From Camelus dromedarius (taxonomy: Eukaryota): DNA of 64,000 nucleotides. The notes under the pieces were generated by a model. The model did not search any database and was not told where the DNA came from. It saw only the letters and a list, made by a program, of their open reading frames with translations. The DNA is taken from positions 107,076,001 through 107,140,000 of the forward strand of contig NC_087436.1 of the NCBI RefSeq assembly GCF_036321535.1, given 5' to 3'. A program made the position numbers and the translations under genes. Shown one piece after another: positions 12,975 through 25,531 of this stretch (positions are counted from its first letter, which is position 1; the number at the start of each line of letters is the position of its first letter).

Positions 12975-13497
12975 GCAATTGGGCTGCTGATGAGAATCAG
13001 ATGGTCCATACAAAGGATTAATTGGAGAAAGCTCAATGAAGTCATTATTTGCAGAGAGAAAAACAGGGTCAAGGATACCAACTAGAGGTGATGGAGCACC
13101 CAGAGACTAGCAATAACAAGAAGCTGTTACCAACCGAGATCTCAAGGGGTAGGGGAGGGAATGATGCTACTAGTACTCAAAAAAAGTCATAGCAAGAGAT
13201 GAGGAATCACTACACAGGTTCTGTGGCTGTAGAAAAAGAAACACAGTGACTACAAAAAAAAAAACAAAAACAAAAAACATGGCCCAACAGGTGAAAGTAA
13301 GAAAGAAATATTGATAGCCTTCCCCCACCCGCCTCCAATTTCTTGCCAGTAAGCATTCAATTAGCAGAATCCAAATAGAAGTAGAGAAAAGTGGAGTCCA
13401 AATGATGCCATTCTTGAGATCAGAGTTTTGGGGCAGAGTGCAGGGATGAGAAGGGCAAAGAATGAATCTGAAGGGACAATGAAGAGTGATCAGCACA
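12975..13497 (-). mobile_element. ERVL LTR33-like solo LTR
   Basis: gagcacccagagactagcaa...agaagctgttacca...gaatctgaagggacaatgaagagtgatcagcaca. This is antisense to the element at 45760-46248. Confidence 0.65.
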
Positions 13498-13678
13498 GAA
13501 TCTCCTCTACATGATGAAGAGGGAAGCACATCATTCTCTTATTAATTCTTGGGATTCTCATGATAACAGGATAGGGGCTAGGCTGTTCAGCGGGTTTTGA
13601 TTAAAATTAATTATATCTACTGACTTTTGGCTTAATGAGGCCATGTTGAAGATCATGGATCTTGGAATCTGTCCAGGA

Positions 13679-13895
13679 AGTTTCTTCCACTCAACAGCAT
13701 TGTGAATTGACAAGTTACTTAATATCTCTGATCCTCAGTTTCATTATTTACTAAATGAGGGAAATAACAGTACATCTTACAGCACAATCTGAAGAATTAA
13801 ATGAGATAATGGGGTTATCTGACACTCATGGTAAGAGTTCAATACACATGTATGATTTTGAAGTCATGTTACAAAGAATAAAGGATATCCAAGAA
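13679..13895 (+). repeat. MIR plus flank, copy 2 of a local duplication
   Basis: Shares tttc(c/t)tccactcaacagca, catggtaagagttcaatacacat and aagtcatgtta(g/c)aaagaa(a/t)aaagg with 12219-12445. Confidence 0.8.
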
Positions 13896-13997
13896 GCACT
13901 ACTCCCCAAAAGAAAATCTGTATTAGGTATAAAAGGCATGTGGAAAATCCAAAGAATTTAAGTTATGATGACTTTATAAATATTTTATTCACCAAAT

Positions 13998-14722
13998 CAG
14001 GATTTTTTTGACCATTTCTGTGCCATGCTTTTGTCAAACTGATGAAACCTGTGGAAAATGATATTCTCAGAATAAAGTTTTCAAATGCATAAATAAAATT
14101 CATAGGACTACAAGTGAAAAGAATTATGGCAACATTTGCATGTTTATATATTAACCAGTCTTAGAAATAGTTAAAGAAAAATCTTTGATACAGTAATGTA
14201 TGTTCTTTTTTAGCAATACATCACAAAATAAAATCTAACAGTAAATCAAATAACTAACATATTTTTGAAATACAGTTAATTTGTAGGTTTGAACTGTGCA
14301 GGTTCACTTACACACAGATTTTCTCAAAAGTAAGTACAAAAATACTACAATGCTACACAGTCCATGGTTGGTTGAATCCTTGGATGCAGAGAAACCACAG
14401 ATGGAGAGCATCGACTGTAAATTATGTTCATATTAACCCCTTGCATTGTTCAAAGTTTAACCACGGAAACAAAGAAAACATTTCTAGATATCAACAATTA
14501 CTGTAATTTGGTAATAAAATATTTGTAATACCTAATGGTGACAAAAATCACAGATACTGCTATAATTGCTAGAATTTGTTGCTTTCCATTTGCAGCTGAG
14601 AGAATTAGTAATTAGCCAGTTAAGAGATTAGTGGGGAAAAGATAGATTTATTTTTCCTGCCCAAGTGCGCAGATCACATTGGTTTCTATCCTCAGTGTTT
14701 AGGATCCATGGAACTACTAACT
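13998..14722 (+). mobile_element. hAT Charlie4a-like DNA transposon, interrupted by a Tigger
   Basis: ttctcagaataaagttttcaaatgcataaataaaattcataggactacaa...ggtgacaaaaatcacagatactgcta...ggatccatgga. Confidence 0.65.
14273..14463 (+). mobile_element. Short Tigger-type (TcMar) element nested in the Charlie copy
   Basis: TA then cagtt...ggtttgaactgtgcaggttcactta...ggttggttgaatcc...ttgttcaaagtttaac. Confidence 0.7.
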
Positions 14723-15399
14723 AGAGGGTAACACAATGGCTGGTAAATAGTATACATTCAATAAATGCTTGCTAAACCAAAATAAACATGACAAAAAATC
14801 ATACCTATAGACACAAAGTATTAGACAGAATTTCTTGCAAATAGTAAATGACTCTTAGTAAGCCATTAAGATTGGAGCCATGCAGGTAATATTTCATCAG
14901 ATCCCACCGATAATCCCACCAATAATCAACCAAGCATAGGCTTGAAATGTCTCATGTGTGGGAAAGAACCAGCTCTTTGAGTTATCCTGTACGCACAAGG
15001 CTTTATGGAAAGACATGAAGAAAAACTAGAGTATGTTAAGGAATAGGCATTTTAAATTTCACGATAAAAGAAAAGGTAAACTAGGAGCAATAACACTTTC
15101 AAACATAAAATGTCTTTTCTGAAAAAGAAAAAAATTATCCTAAGTCAGTAAGCAACCCCAATCAACACGGTAACCATCTAGAGAATATACTCATGCTCCC
15201 TGAGAAGCAAAGCAGTAGGACTGGAAAAATAACAAGACACTCCTCCTATCAAATCATTATAAAGAAAAAATATTAGGAAGGGTGTCTTGAAATGGGAATT
15301 TTTTTCACACCTTACTTGTGAGAATGTGGCTTGGAGCAACCATCTGGAGAATAATGCAATAGTAGGCATCAAAACCTTAAATGCTACTGAAGAGCTCTA

Positions 15400-15595
15400 T
15401 ATACACTATTTCATGTAACACTTAAGAACACTGTGAAGCAGATATGAGCATTCCCATTCTATAAACAAAAACCCAAAGGATCTGTGAGTTAAGTCATTTG
15501 TCCAAGCCTCAGAGCCAGTAAGAAGCAGAAACAGGATTCCAATCCAAGTCTCTCTAGCACAAAGCCCATGCTTTGTCCACCATATCACACTACCT
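15400..15595 (-). mobile_element. MIR SINE
   Basis: cccattctata...gttaagtcatttgtccaag...gccagtaagaagcagaaacaggattccaatccaagtc. Confidence 0.75.
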
Positions 15596-15699
15596 AACTT
15601 TGGGTTAAGTAATTAGATCTTTGCTAATTTGACCTAAAGCAGTAAGTTGAATACAAAAGGGTTACACGCACCAAGACAGTTATTGCAACATTATGAATA

Positions 15700-16045
15700 A
15701 TATTAAAGACAAGCTCAACGCTCAACAAGAGAGAGAAGGTTAAGGGAATTATCATGAGTTACTTTTCTAATTAGTCTGTAGCTATTTAAAATTCTATTGT
15801 AAAGTGCTGATAATAACATGGAGAAATATCTATGGTACCTTATGGAAGAAATTAGAGTAGAAAAATAGTATGTTCACAACCATGAAAAGTTTAAAAAATA
15901 ATTACACATAGGAAAAAAATTAAAATGTTAAATGTTAACAGTGGTTTACTCTGAAAAGTAATTTTTTTCTCTCTTCTTTCTAATTTACTGGATTTCAACA
16001 TTTTCTATAACGGTTATTTATAACTTTTGTGATGGAAGAAATCTA
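15700..16045 (+). mobile_element. Old L1ME-type 3' fragment
   Basis: aaatgttaacagtggtttactctg...ttttctataac...taacttttgtgat is typical of L1ME 3' ends. Confidence 0.5.
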
Positions 16046-16068
16046 TTTTTGAAAGCTGAAAGTAGAAT

Positions 16069-16167
16069 CATATCACAATATATAAATGTATCAAACCAAA
16101 ATTGGTACCCTTCAAACTTACAGAATGTTATAGGTCAATCATACCTCAATACAAAAATAATTTTTAA
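16069..16167 (+). mobile_element. Very short L1MA-type 3' end with 17-bp TSD
   Basis: cacaatatataaatgtatcaaacc...aacttacagaatgttataggtcaatcatacctcaata. The TSD copies are AAAGCTGAAAGTAGAAT (16052-16068) and AAAGCTAAAAGTAGGAT (16168-16184). Confidence 0.8.
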
Positions 16168-16359
16168 AAAGCTAAAAGTAGGATTTAAATAAGTTAACTA
16201 AGCTATTTAGATTGCATAAGGGATCAAATATCACAATACTAAGTCTCAATACTGTTCTATCAAACTTAGCACCCCATTTCTAACAGTGATCTTTTAATGT
16301 GTTGTGGGAGGCACAGTCCCCTAATTTGAGATGGCCCTCAGGAGACTAGAAATAATGGC

Positions 16360-16550
16360 CATCAAGGCAGTAACATAGAGTTGAAAGTTCTTGATTTGTC
16401 CCTGGACTCTGCAACTTATTAATTAGTTTTGTGATTTGGGGCAAAGTCCTGAAACTCTCTGAACCTGCTCTACAAAAGACTGTTAGCATCCAATTATTTT
16501 TAAGATGGACAAAAAGTATATTGGATACTGTGTGCAATGTTCTACATGAC
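16360..16550 (+). mobile_element. MIR SINE
   Basis: actctgcaacttattaattagttttgtgatttggggcaaagtcctgaaactctctgaacc. Confidence 0.6.
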
Positions 16551-17199
16551 ATCAAGCCACAGATGACAGAGTGGGAGTTGTCATCTAATGCAGATATTTA
16601 ACCTCAACATATTTAATTGCACTACGTCTGCCTCTTTCTATAAAGTAATAATAGCCAGCCACCAGAAGAGACAAGTATAATGCAATCAATTATATAGGAA
16701 TAAAAGTTCAAGATGGAAAGATGGTCAGAGGAGAAAAACAAACCATTCCAATCAGAAGGTCAGGATAATTTCTGTGGCCAAGCCTAAAGTCTGGCTCCAA
16801 GTTTCCCAGCAGCCAAAGCGAAGCTAGTTACATAATGTTAATGGTCAGATAGAATGAAACATGCTGGAGCCTCAAGAGACACTAAGGTTTTACTGGAAAC
16901 AAACTCAGAAATTATTTTTCTTATGTGGGATATTATGCAGAAGAATTAAATGATATAATAAGCAATAATCACAAATAAATTTTCACGGCAAGAGGAGAAT
17001 TCCACATGGTTATTTTCTATAATCACTTTTGTGAAAAGCCAAGAATCTAACATAAATCCATAACTCAGTGAAGGCAATTCCATAAAGACTCAGATGATAT
17101 CAGCCAAGACTATGGGTTTCCAGTTCTCTTCTTCTTTTCCCTCATGTTTCCCTCCTTCCCTCCCTTCCCCCTTTAAACTCATTTGAAAGTAGCCACTAA

Positions 17200-17440
17200 A
17201 AACATCTAATAATGTGAATTGGATCTGATGGTTTGGTTTAAATTCTTATTCCCATAGATGCTAATGATTGACACCCTGTGCATATGATTTAATGACTCTA
17301 TTCTCTTCTGTAAAACGGAGTTAATTGTAATACCTACCTGCGCGGGATTTGTTTAGAAAGCTTAAATTAAAGAATGTGTGCAAAGTGCTTAAAATAGTGC
17401 CTAACACATAGTAGGTAGCCCATAAAGGTTAGTTTTAATA
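17200..17440 (+). mobile_element. MIR SINE
   Basis: ctgtaaaacggagttaattgtaatacctacc...aaagtgcttaaaatagtgcctaacacatagtagg. Confidence 0.75.
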
Positions 17441-17464
17441 AGAATAAGATGAATATAAATTATT

Positions 17465-17720
17465 ACTTATTTGTCAATCATTTTTAATATCTATTATGTA
17501 TCAGTTAATATGCTATATGCTGGCTGTTCAAAAATAAGTTGTTCCCTGATCTCAAGAAACTCAATATAGTGGTAGAGACAGACATCTAAACAGATAATTC
17601 TAAAACAAGTTAATATTTAGATGATTATAAAAGAAGCACCAAATCCAGTAAGATTGAGAGAAGAGTGGGAGTCAAGGAAAGCTCCCTGGAGGAGGTGGTA
17701 TCTGAGGCAAATCTAATAAG
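17465..17720 (-). mobile_element. L2 LINE 3' region
   Basis: tccctgatctcaagaaactca...gtcaaggaaagctccctggaggaggtggtatctgag. Confidence 0.65.
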
Positions 17721-17729
17721 AACAAACAC

Positions 17730-17945
17730 TAGCATCATGCTTCACCCTATGCCAGGTACTGTTCCAGGTACTTGCATATCTTAATTCATTTAATCCTCCC
17801 AACAATCCTGTAATGTGCTTTTATCACTGTTTTACAAATAGGGAAGCTGAGGCATGGGGAAATTGAATAATTTGCTCAAAGGCACATAACAAGAAGGTGA
17901 CAGAGCTGTGGGCTGTGTTCTTAATCACTCTGTGTCCATGGTGTC
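17730..17945 (-). mobile_element. MIR SINE
   Basis: tatgccaggtactgttccagg...tcatttaatcctcccaacaatcctg...ttttacaaatagggaagctgaggca. Confidence 0.8.
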
Positions 17946-18500
17946 TTAAACCCTAAAGGATGTGTGGCAGTTAGCATGCATAGTGAGGCATGTCCTGCAG
18001 ACAGAACAGGGAAGCACTGCATGGGGAAAGAAGACGGGTATTTCTCAGCAGTAGGCATATGAACGATGTAACAGGAGGAGGTGATGAGGGTGCAGATGCA
18101 GGGAGTGGGAGATGGTGAAGATTCCTGTAGGCCATACTAAAAAATCTTGTACTTTATCCTGCTGAACCTGAAAATGATTATATGTGAGTTTGAAATATGC
18201 CACTTCAGCAAGAATTTTGCTCCATGTGGCACTGGGCAAGTTAGTAAATATCTTTAAGTTTCCATTTCATTAGAGGGGAATGGAATAAATAAAATTTATA
18301 TTACAAGACAGGCAGTGATGTATGCACATATGTAAAGTGCATGGTACCTTGTAGGCATTCAATAAATGAACTTGCAAAACACATTATGAGCAGCCTGAGT
18401 GGAGAAACAGAAGACATATACTTGCCCAAGGTTCTACAGGTGCCAAATGAAGTGCAGAGTACCTGCATCCTATACAGAGTTGACAGCTATCCTGAGCAGG

Positions 18501-18849
18501 TGCTATGGTCTGAGTGTCTGTGTCCCCTCAAAATGCAAATGTTGAAATCCTAGCCACCAAACGTGATGGTATTGTAGGTGGAGCCTTTGAGAGGTCATTT
18601 AGGTCGTGAGGGTGGAGCCCCCATGAATGGGATTAGTGCCCTTATAAAGAGACCCCCCACAGGGTTTCCTTGCCCATTAAGACCTGTGAGGTTATAAGAG
18701 GTGTGTAACTGGGCAGAGGACCCTGACCCGACCATGCTGGCCACCCTGATTTTAAACTTCCAACTTCCAAAACTGTGAGAAATAAATTTCTGTTGTTTAT
18801 AAGCTACTCAGTCTGTGGTATTTTGCTACAGCCCAAACAGACTAAGACA
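18501..18849 (+). mobile_element. MaLR solo LTR (MLT1A/MST-like)
   Basis: TG...CA termini (tgctatggtctgagtg...gactaagaca) and an aataaatttctgttgtttataagc polyA region. Near-TSD gcagg/gcagt. Confidence 0.88.
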
Positions 18850-19930
18850 GCAGTTTAAAAATCTCATGAAGCTAAAAACTACCCCTGAAATTCCTTTAGG
18901 ATGTTGTTGACATATCATCTCTCAGCAAGTGCAACATTCAAGCACTGAAATACATCACTGTTGCTTCTGTTGATGAAGCGAATTTATCCATCTCTGTCTC
19001 ATCTGTGTGTCATCTCTCTTTCTTTGTGTCTATTCTTGCTGAATGAGAATAGCTGAATTCGCATAAGTTAAATGAATATATAATTCAAGTCCTTCTTAGG
19101 TAGGCCCAAGAAAGAAAAAATCATATGATTTGCCCATTAAGGGTGGAAAAAAAAAATCTCTGAAGAAGAAAATCTGTCATTAACTGAAATCAAAATAAAA
19201 CCTTCATATACATATGTTACATTTTTAAGTGAATTTTTCCAAAAATTTATTTGCAGTCTCATAAATTCATGAGACTCATACATTGTACAGAGGAGAAAAT
19301 GGGCTGAAAAAAAGACTTGAGAGAAGCAGAGTTAGCAGTTTCAGAATTAAAAGCAGCAATCCTGCTGAGAAACTAGGGGCTTCATGTCTCCCTCTTCCCC
19401 CACCAGTGCTTCTTTGCACTGTCTCACTGGAAAGAGGTGCTGATGCAGAAACACTGGGCATCTCACCAAAAGCCGCCAGGGAGTACCGACGCATATGAGT
19501 TATGAAGTCTCCAGATCTAATAAAGCAGGGAGGAAAAGGGAAAGAAACATGGACATACAGGAACTCAATAGACTACGATTTACCCTTCACTGGGTACAAA
19601 TAAAAGGACTTCAAATTTAAGAGTCAAACCCAAACAGCTAGGAACCACCACCACGTGATTTCTTATAATGAGACTGGACTGAAGAAAACAACGGAGACCA
19701 GATACCGAGAATAGAGGTGAAGAGGGATACTTTTAAAAGGTTATACCAGGAACAAATGGTTTTGAAATTTTCTTTAGGTAATATCTACAGGGAAACTGAT
19801 GGTTGAACAGTAGAGAGTTTGGAACATGCTTGAAGTTTCACCAGGATTACGAAGTATACAAAGTTGTCCCTAGAGAGAGAAAAATAGTAACCACAGTATT
19901 GATCACGTTTTGCTGTGATACTGTCCTTAC

Positions 19931-19970
19931 CGCGAGCTCAGTCTCGCCCTCTGACGGCCCAGCTGTCATG
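19931..19970 (-). other. Candidate 40-nt exon of an unidentified minus-strand transcript
   Basis: The minus strand reads tctatttctgctccttgcccgcag|CATGACAGCTGGGCCGTCAGAGGGCGAGACTGAGCTCGCG|gtaagg. The segment is CpG-rich, and only one frame is open (MTAGPSEGETELA). Confidence 0.45.
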
Positions 19971-20289
19971 CTGCGGGCAAGGAGCAGAAATAGATTTAAA
20001 ACCGGGTCAAAATCCTCCAACTATTTCTTCCATGTAACAATGAAAAACAAGCAAATGATGCCAGAGGAAATAAGACAGCTTATATAAGAATCTGGGGAGG
20101 ATACGTCTCCCAAAAGGATCAAAACTGAAATAAATAAAACCTCTTATACGAAAACAGAGCAAGATTGGAATACCATAGAGGAGAAGAAGGCGTCTATGCC
20201 ATAGGGAAAATTTTCCTTTCCTGATTATTTAAAATTCAAGTAGTGTTTTTCAGACTAAAAAATTTTACTCTACCTCCTGGGACCCGAAG

Positions 20290-20735
20290 AATAACCCATT
20301 TCCATTGGTCAGCCTTAGTGACTGACATAACTCACCAAAACTTCAGCAGCTTACAGAAAGATTTAGTTCTCACCCGCTTCACATGCTGGTGGCTGCAGGT
20401 CAGCTACTGTGTCTCTATGGCATAAGTCTTCTAATTCCATGGTTCAGGTGAACAGCCTCTTGCCGGGACACCGTTCCTAATGACAAAGGGAAAAGAGCAG
20501 GAGAGTTGGAGGAAACTCCGAGTAACTCTAAAGCCTCTGCTGGCGTGAGGCCTCAATCAAGCCAACCCACATCAGCTGGCCAAAGCGCACCACGTGGCCA
20601 CTTCCAACATCGGTGGGGAAAGCAGTGCCCTTTCCCACATAAAGGGCAGTGGCTGAGGATGAGTATGTATAACCACTGTATAGGGAAGGGAGGGGCAAAT
20701 AGTCAATCTATTGCATCTACTCACACCGTTCTATG
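20290..20735 (-). mobile_element. Old MaLR LTR (MLT1J/K/L-like)
   Basis: aaaacttcagcagcttacagaaagatttagttctca...cacatcagctggccaaagcgcaccacgtggcc. Confidence 0.6.
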
Positions 20736-21617
20736 AATGCACTCTAAGGTCTCACTCAGTCACAGCATTGGGGTAATTCTTGGATCTCCTGGTCTGCAAA
20801 ATGCATGGGTGGGGCTTCACTTAAATCAGAGTCCTGTAAACTTAAAACAAAACAAAACAAAAAAGGAAAAAAAAAAACAAAAACAAAAAACCAGATTGTT
20901 CACTATCGACCTGATGTTTATTTCATCAGAAATAGGGATGGCAAAAGCAAAAATCACTTCTCTTTAGAAAGGGGAGGACCTGGAAGCACGCAGAAGTGCT
21001 GGTCCAAAGCGTCTGGGAGGGACTTCCTGTTTCATTGTCCTCCTCAGTCGGTTGTGTCTCAATAAGAATGTACCCTCAACCCTCTCAGCCCGGTAGGGAA
21101 GTGGGAACTGAAAGGCCATTTTATGTTTCGAACAGTAATAATATGTTCAAAGCCTGCATCCTGGCTTTCAGCACTTTTTTTTTCAATAGTTCAGTTTTCT
21201 GAAATTTATTGCTAGTGTCTATTTTGTTTACTTGGTGTTTGACTCTAGTCATCTTCATATGCCAATAGCCCCCCTCAGTTCTCTTCCAGGTTTTCCTCTC
21301 TCTTAAGTGAGCAAAACAGAATTCCATGGGACCACATGCTTAGTCTCTTTTTCCTTTAGTCATTCTGTGCCTGGAGAGGACTGACTTATCTCTTAATTCA
21401 TTCAAAACTTTTAATAGAAGCATGACAGCCATATTAAGGAATTCAATATTGTTGTACTGAATGTCAAAGTTGTTTTATCATGTTTGTAGGCATTGTTTTA
21501 AAGCAAATCTAGCACATTATCATGGTCCACAGGAATTGTGCAATTTGGCATATTGACTGTAGCTTGGTGAAGTACAGTAGCATTTAGGATATTCTGCAGA
21601 GAAAAATGCAATGATGC

Positions 21618-21688
21618 TATATATATATATAATATTTATATATCTAATTTATATTTACATTATATATTTATATTGTATATATATAATA
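21618..21688. repeat. AT-rich low-complexity/(TA)n tract
   Basis: Almost pure A/T with TA runs. Confidence 0.85.
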
Positions 21689-22229
21689 GACTGTGGTATG
21701 CTACAAACCATGATGGAATTATGGTGCTGGGAGTTTTTAAAAATTGTGTTTGTAAAATTACGTGTTGTATAGTTGAGTAATTTTTCTTAAAAGCAGAAGT
21801 CCTGGGGCTTGGGTGCTTTCCCTAATAAATCACCAATCCATCACTCAGCATAAGAATATGTGTGTTTATTCACAAGTGTGTTTCATAAATTATCTTTTTA
21901 GACAGGAATATATAATATTTAGAACTTCTTTTCTGAAGGGTGAAAATTTTAAAGAAGTAAGATTTGGGAAATAAATGAAGTCAAGGAATCTAGACAGCTT
22001 TTGTGGATTAATAGTAGTTTCAGAAAAGTATCCATGTACAAATTTAGAGAATTTCTCATGGAATTGTCACATGGTTAAGACTGCCTGATGCCTATTCACA
22101 GACACACTCCCTGGATATTATGAGCCTCAGGTAAAGAGTCATTGAATTGAAATGCCTGTGGTCCACATTGTCTATGAATGTGTAAATATTTTGCAGCAAT
22201 CATCTGCATTTTCTAGCTCCTCTTCCTAT

Positions 22230-23330
22230 GCTTGCCTGAGTAATGTCAGGACTCAATCCTGAGATGCCTTATCTTTCCATGCTACTGCCTCTCTAAGGAA
22301 CTGTACCAATCATATGATTCTAAACGCCTCTAAATATTGCTACTTCCAAATTTATATCTTCAGCCTAGACTTTTCTTCTAACCTCCAATGGCCTACTTTA
22401 CCTTACACTTGGAAAACCAACTCACAAGCATCTCAAACTTTGCATGTGTCCCACAAACATATGCTTCTCATCCACTGAAACTGACTTGCATTTTCCCAAA
22501 TGATCGCATCATAAATCAGTGGCTTCTTCTCTTTCAACATTTCTTTACCAACATCAGCAGGTTTTATTGACTCTATCTTCTAATTATAAATCAAGTATGT
22601 CTGCTTATCTCTCCCTCCAAGATCACCTTCTTAGTCCAAGCCACCATCATCTCCTTCTCAGGGTACTGCAGTTGCCTCCAAAGTGATACTTCTTTTCTGC
22701 TCTTCTATTCCACTGTCCACAAACCTGACAGCTATTTATCAAATCCATAGTAGGTCATAGTATTCCTAGGCATGTACATAAAGCCATTCAATATTTGATC
22801 AGAAACCTTGGCATCAGTTCCAAAACTTTGCATGACACACAAGTTCCTCATTCCCCTCCATCCTCTCCTCATGCCGCCCTCCCTCTCAGTATTCTCCAGA
22901 CACACTGGGTTGCTCCCTTAAATTTCTTGAACATGCCACGCTCTTTCCAACCTCAGGACATTTGCACAGGCTTTTCCCTATGCTGGAAACATTCTAGCCT
23001 CTACCATGCAATGAGTGAACTCCTAGTCATCCTTCAGGTCTGAGCTGACATGGCACTTCATCAGAGAAGTCTCTGATTCCTCAGTGAAGATGAGGGTCCC
23101 TTGTAGTAACCCTTCAAAGCTCTAATTCTTTTCCTGCAGTACATTTCTCACAATTTGTAATCACACAGTTTTTGATTACTACTTGTTTGGTTCCTGACTA
23201 CCTACTTTACTAGATTGGAAGCTAGAAATAAATCTTATTTTTAAAATAAGATACACTTCTCCATCTTCTATATCTAGCCCTTAATGCTGAGCATTGCATG
23301 CTGAAATAGATGAGTAGTGAATTGTGCCTA
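22230..23330 (+). mobile_element. L2 LINE, 3' ~1.1 kb
   Basis: ccaaatttatatcttcagcctagac...ttagtccaagccaccatcatctc...cctcaggacatttgcacaggc...tcatccttcaggtc. Confidence 0.8.
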
Positions 23331-23354
23331 AGTATATCTTTGTAGAACTATTTG

Positions 23355-23460
23355 TAAACCCACTAATACTTATGGAGTGTCTACTCTGACTAGGGGCTGG
23401 GAACACAGTAGTGTCTAAGCCAGACTCAACCCCTGACCTCATGGATCTTATAGTCTACAC
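23355..23460 (-). mobile_element. L2 3' end
   Basis: tacttatggagtgtctact...ggggctgggaacacag...cccctgacctcatggatcttatagtcta. Confidence 0.6.
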
Positions 23461-25393
23461 CCCTATACCCATTATTTCCTATGGGGAACTGTCTAGAGCC
23501 TCTTTAAAATGAAACTATGGCATTTATGCCTCAATTTTCCCCTTGAAAGGAACCGTAATTCATGGCAGAAACACTAAGTCAAAATAGAAATTCTGCCTTC
23601 AATTTAAGCTACCTTATTCACTTCCTCTGCCTATGCCAGCAAATCGTAAAAGGACAGATCATTGACTTTGATCTCAAATTTCTTTTGTTCATTTGTGTCA
23701 GAACCATAATGTTATTTCATCCTTGTTTTTTGTACTTAATGGATATGAGTGTTCTGATAAGTGCAATGCAGCAGTCAATAACATGCCAAAGCCCATCCAT
23801 AATTGGCTAACTTGCTGGGAAATGAACAGCCCTGCTTGCTAACTCTTAAATAATATACTCTGGGCAAGCCTGAACATCATTTTATCACCATTTATAGATG
23901 TTTAAATCCCAGTATTGTTAATGGGAATTATAACCCAGCTGCCCACAATCTGTTCTAAAAACATACTGAGATCTATAGTGGATTCTCTACTTCCTTCAAA
24001 TTTTTACCTAATTTGTTCAGGTAAAAATGGGGTTAGTATACAATTTCAAATAATGTTTATCCTGGCTCAGTTAAGAGAAAGTCAAGCTTGTAAAGCAATA
24101 TCCATTGCATGTTAGTAGACAAAGATACAAGTTGAGCACATAAAAAGCATAGACATCATATTTAAATTATAGGAAAAATATCAAATAGTACCTCAGTTAG
24201 TCTCTATGTCAGATGATTTGCAATTACTTTTCACTGTCAAGCATGATGTCAAAGTATGAACTGTCATTTAGACTTCACCAATAATTAGCAGGGAACATTT
24301 GACAAATATTCATGTAACTCCATATAAGGTAGCAATGCAAGCTAATCAGCTAGTGGTAAAAGCTTTGACACTTCACTAGGCTCTAAAAGATTACAGGATG
24401 ATAAGAGAATCACATTGCAATAAGGTAAGTGAATCTCAGAATGCATGTGCTGGCTATCAGTCTCATGTGGTGCCTAAAGAAGAATTTCCTGGAAATGTTT
24501 GCAGTATATGAAGACAGACGTGAAAAAACACATCATTATCAAGTAGGACATACCAAAGCATGCCTTCTCATGCAATTCTTAAAGGACTAACATGTAAGAA
24601 GAACATAATCCACTCAAATATATAGAGTTCACTGCCCCATTTTAAAGCACCAACTGACTGATCAAAAGCAATCTCAGCTGACCTAGTGCAAATGATACAT
24701 ATAACACGAGAAGCAAATGAAGAATTCTTGAGGGAGAAGAAAAAACAGGATTCATAGATTATAAAGCTGGGACTGAACATCAAGACCCCTTGAGTCCCGA
24801 TAGACAGCAAAAGACTAGACCAACTGGCTTCAGCCATGTGTCACGTCTATGTCATTTGTCATATACCATATGTCACATGTCTGTGTATGAGTCTACCTCT
24901 GTCATCTGTATCTATTAGCATATGTGTAAATATATTCAACAACTACTATGTGTCAGTTACTGATGCTGGTAATAGTACCACGCACTGAGGAGCACAACTA
25001 ACAGAATAGACAGGAAATGTCACACAGTAACAAGCAACATGACCTAGGAAGCTCTACTCATTAGGCAAATACACACACAGTGACTCAGACCCATGAACTT
25101 TTCAAAGACCAGGAAAATATTGAGTCTTGAACCAAACGCTGGTCTAAAAAATGTAATCAAAACTGCCAGGTCAGAATTCACAGTGGTTTCAATAGATGTG
25201 TATAAACATCATATGATGTCAACCTCATTCATGTTGATACTCAGCGTTCATAAACTTTTCATTGCACTTGACATCTATCTTTATTTAGATTTCTTTGGTT
25301 TACGAAAATTTCTGAGCATGCACAAGGACCGCCAAGAAATTGTAGCTCATTTAATTAAATGACATATGTGTAGGCAAATAATTTTGAAGCCCA

Positions 25394-25531
25394 TTTCAAT
25401 AACTTGTAATAACTTATAAGGGAAAAGAAGATGAAAAAGGACATATACATTATATGTGCAACTGAATCACTATACTGTCCACCAGAAACTAACACAACAT
25501 TGTAAATCAACTATACCTCAATTTTAAAAAA
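25394..25531 (+). mobile_element. 5'-truncated lineage-specific L1, 3' end
   Basis: cttgtaataacttataag...actgaatcactatactgtccaccagaaactaacacaacattgtaaatcaactatacctcaat followed by an A tail. Confidence 0.85.
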
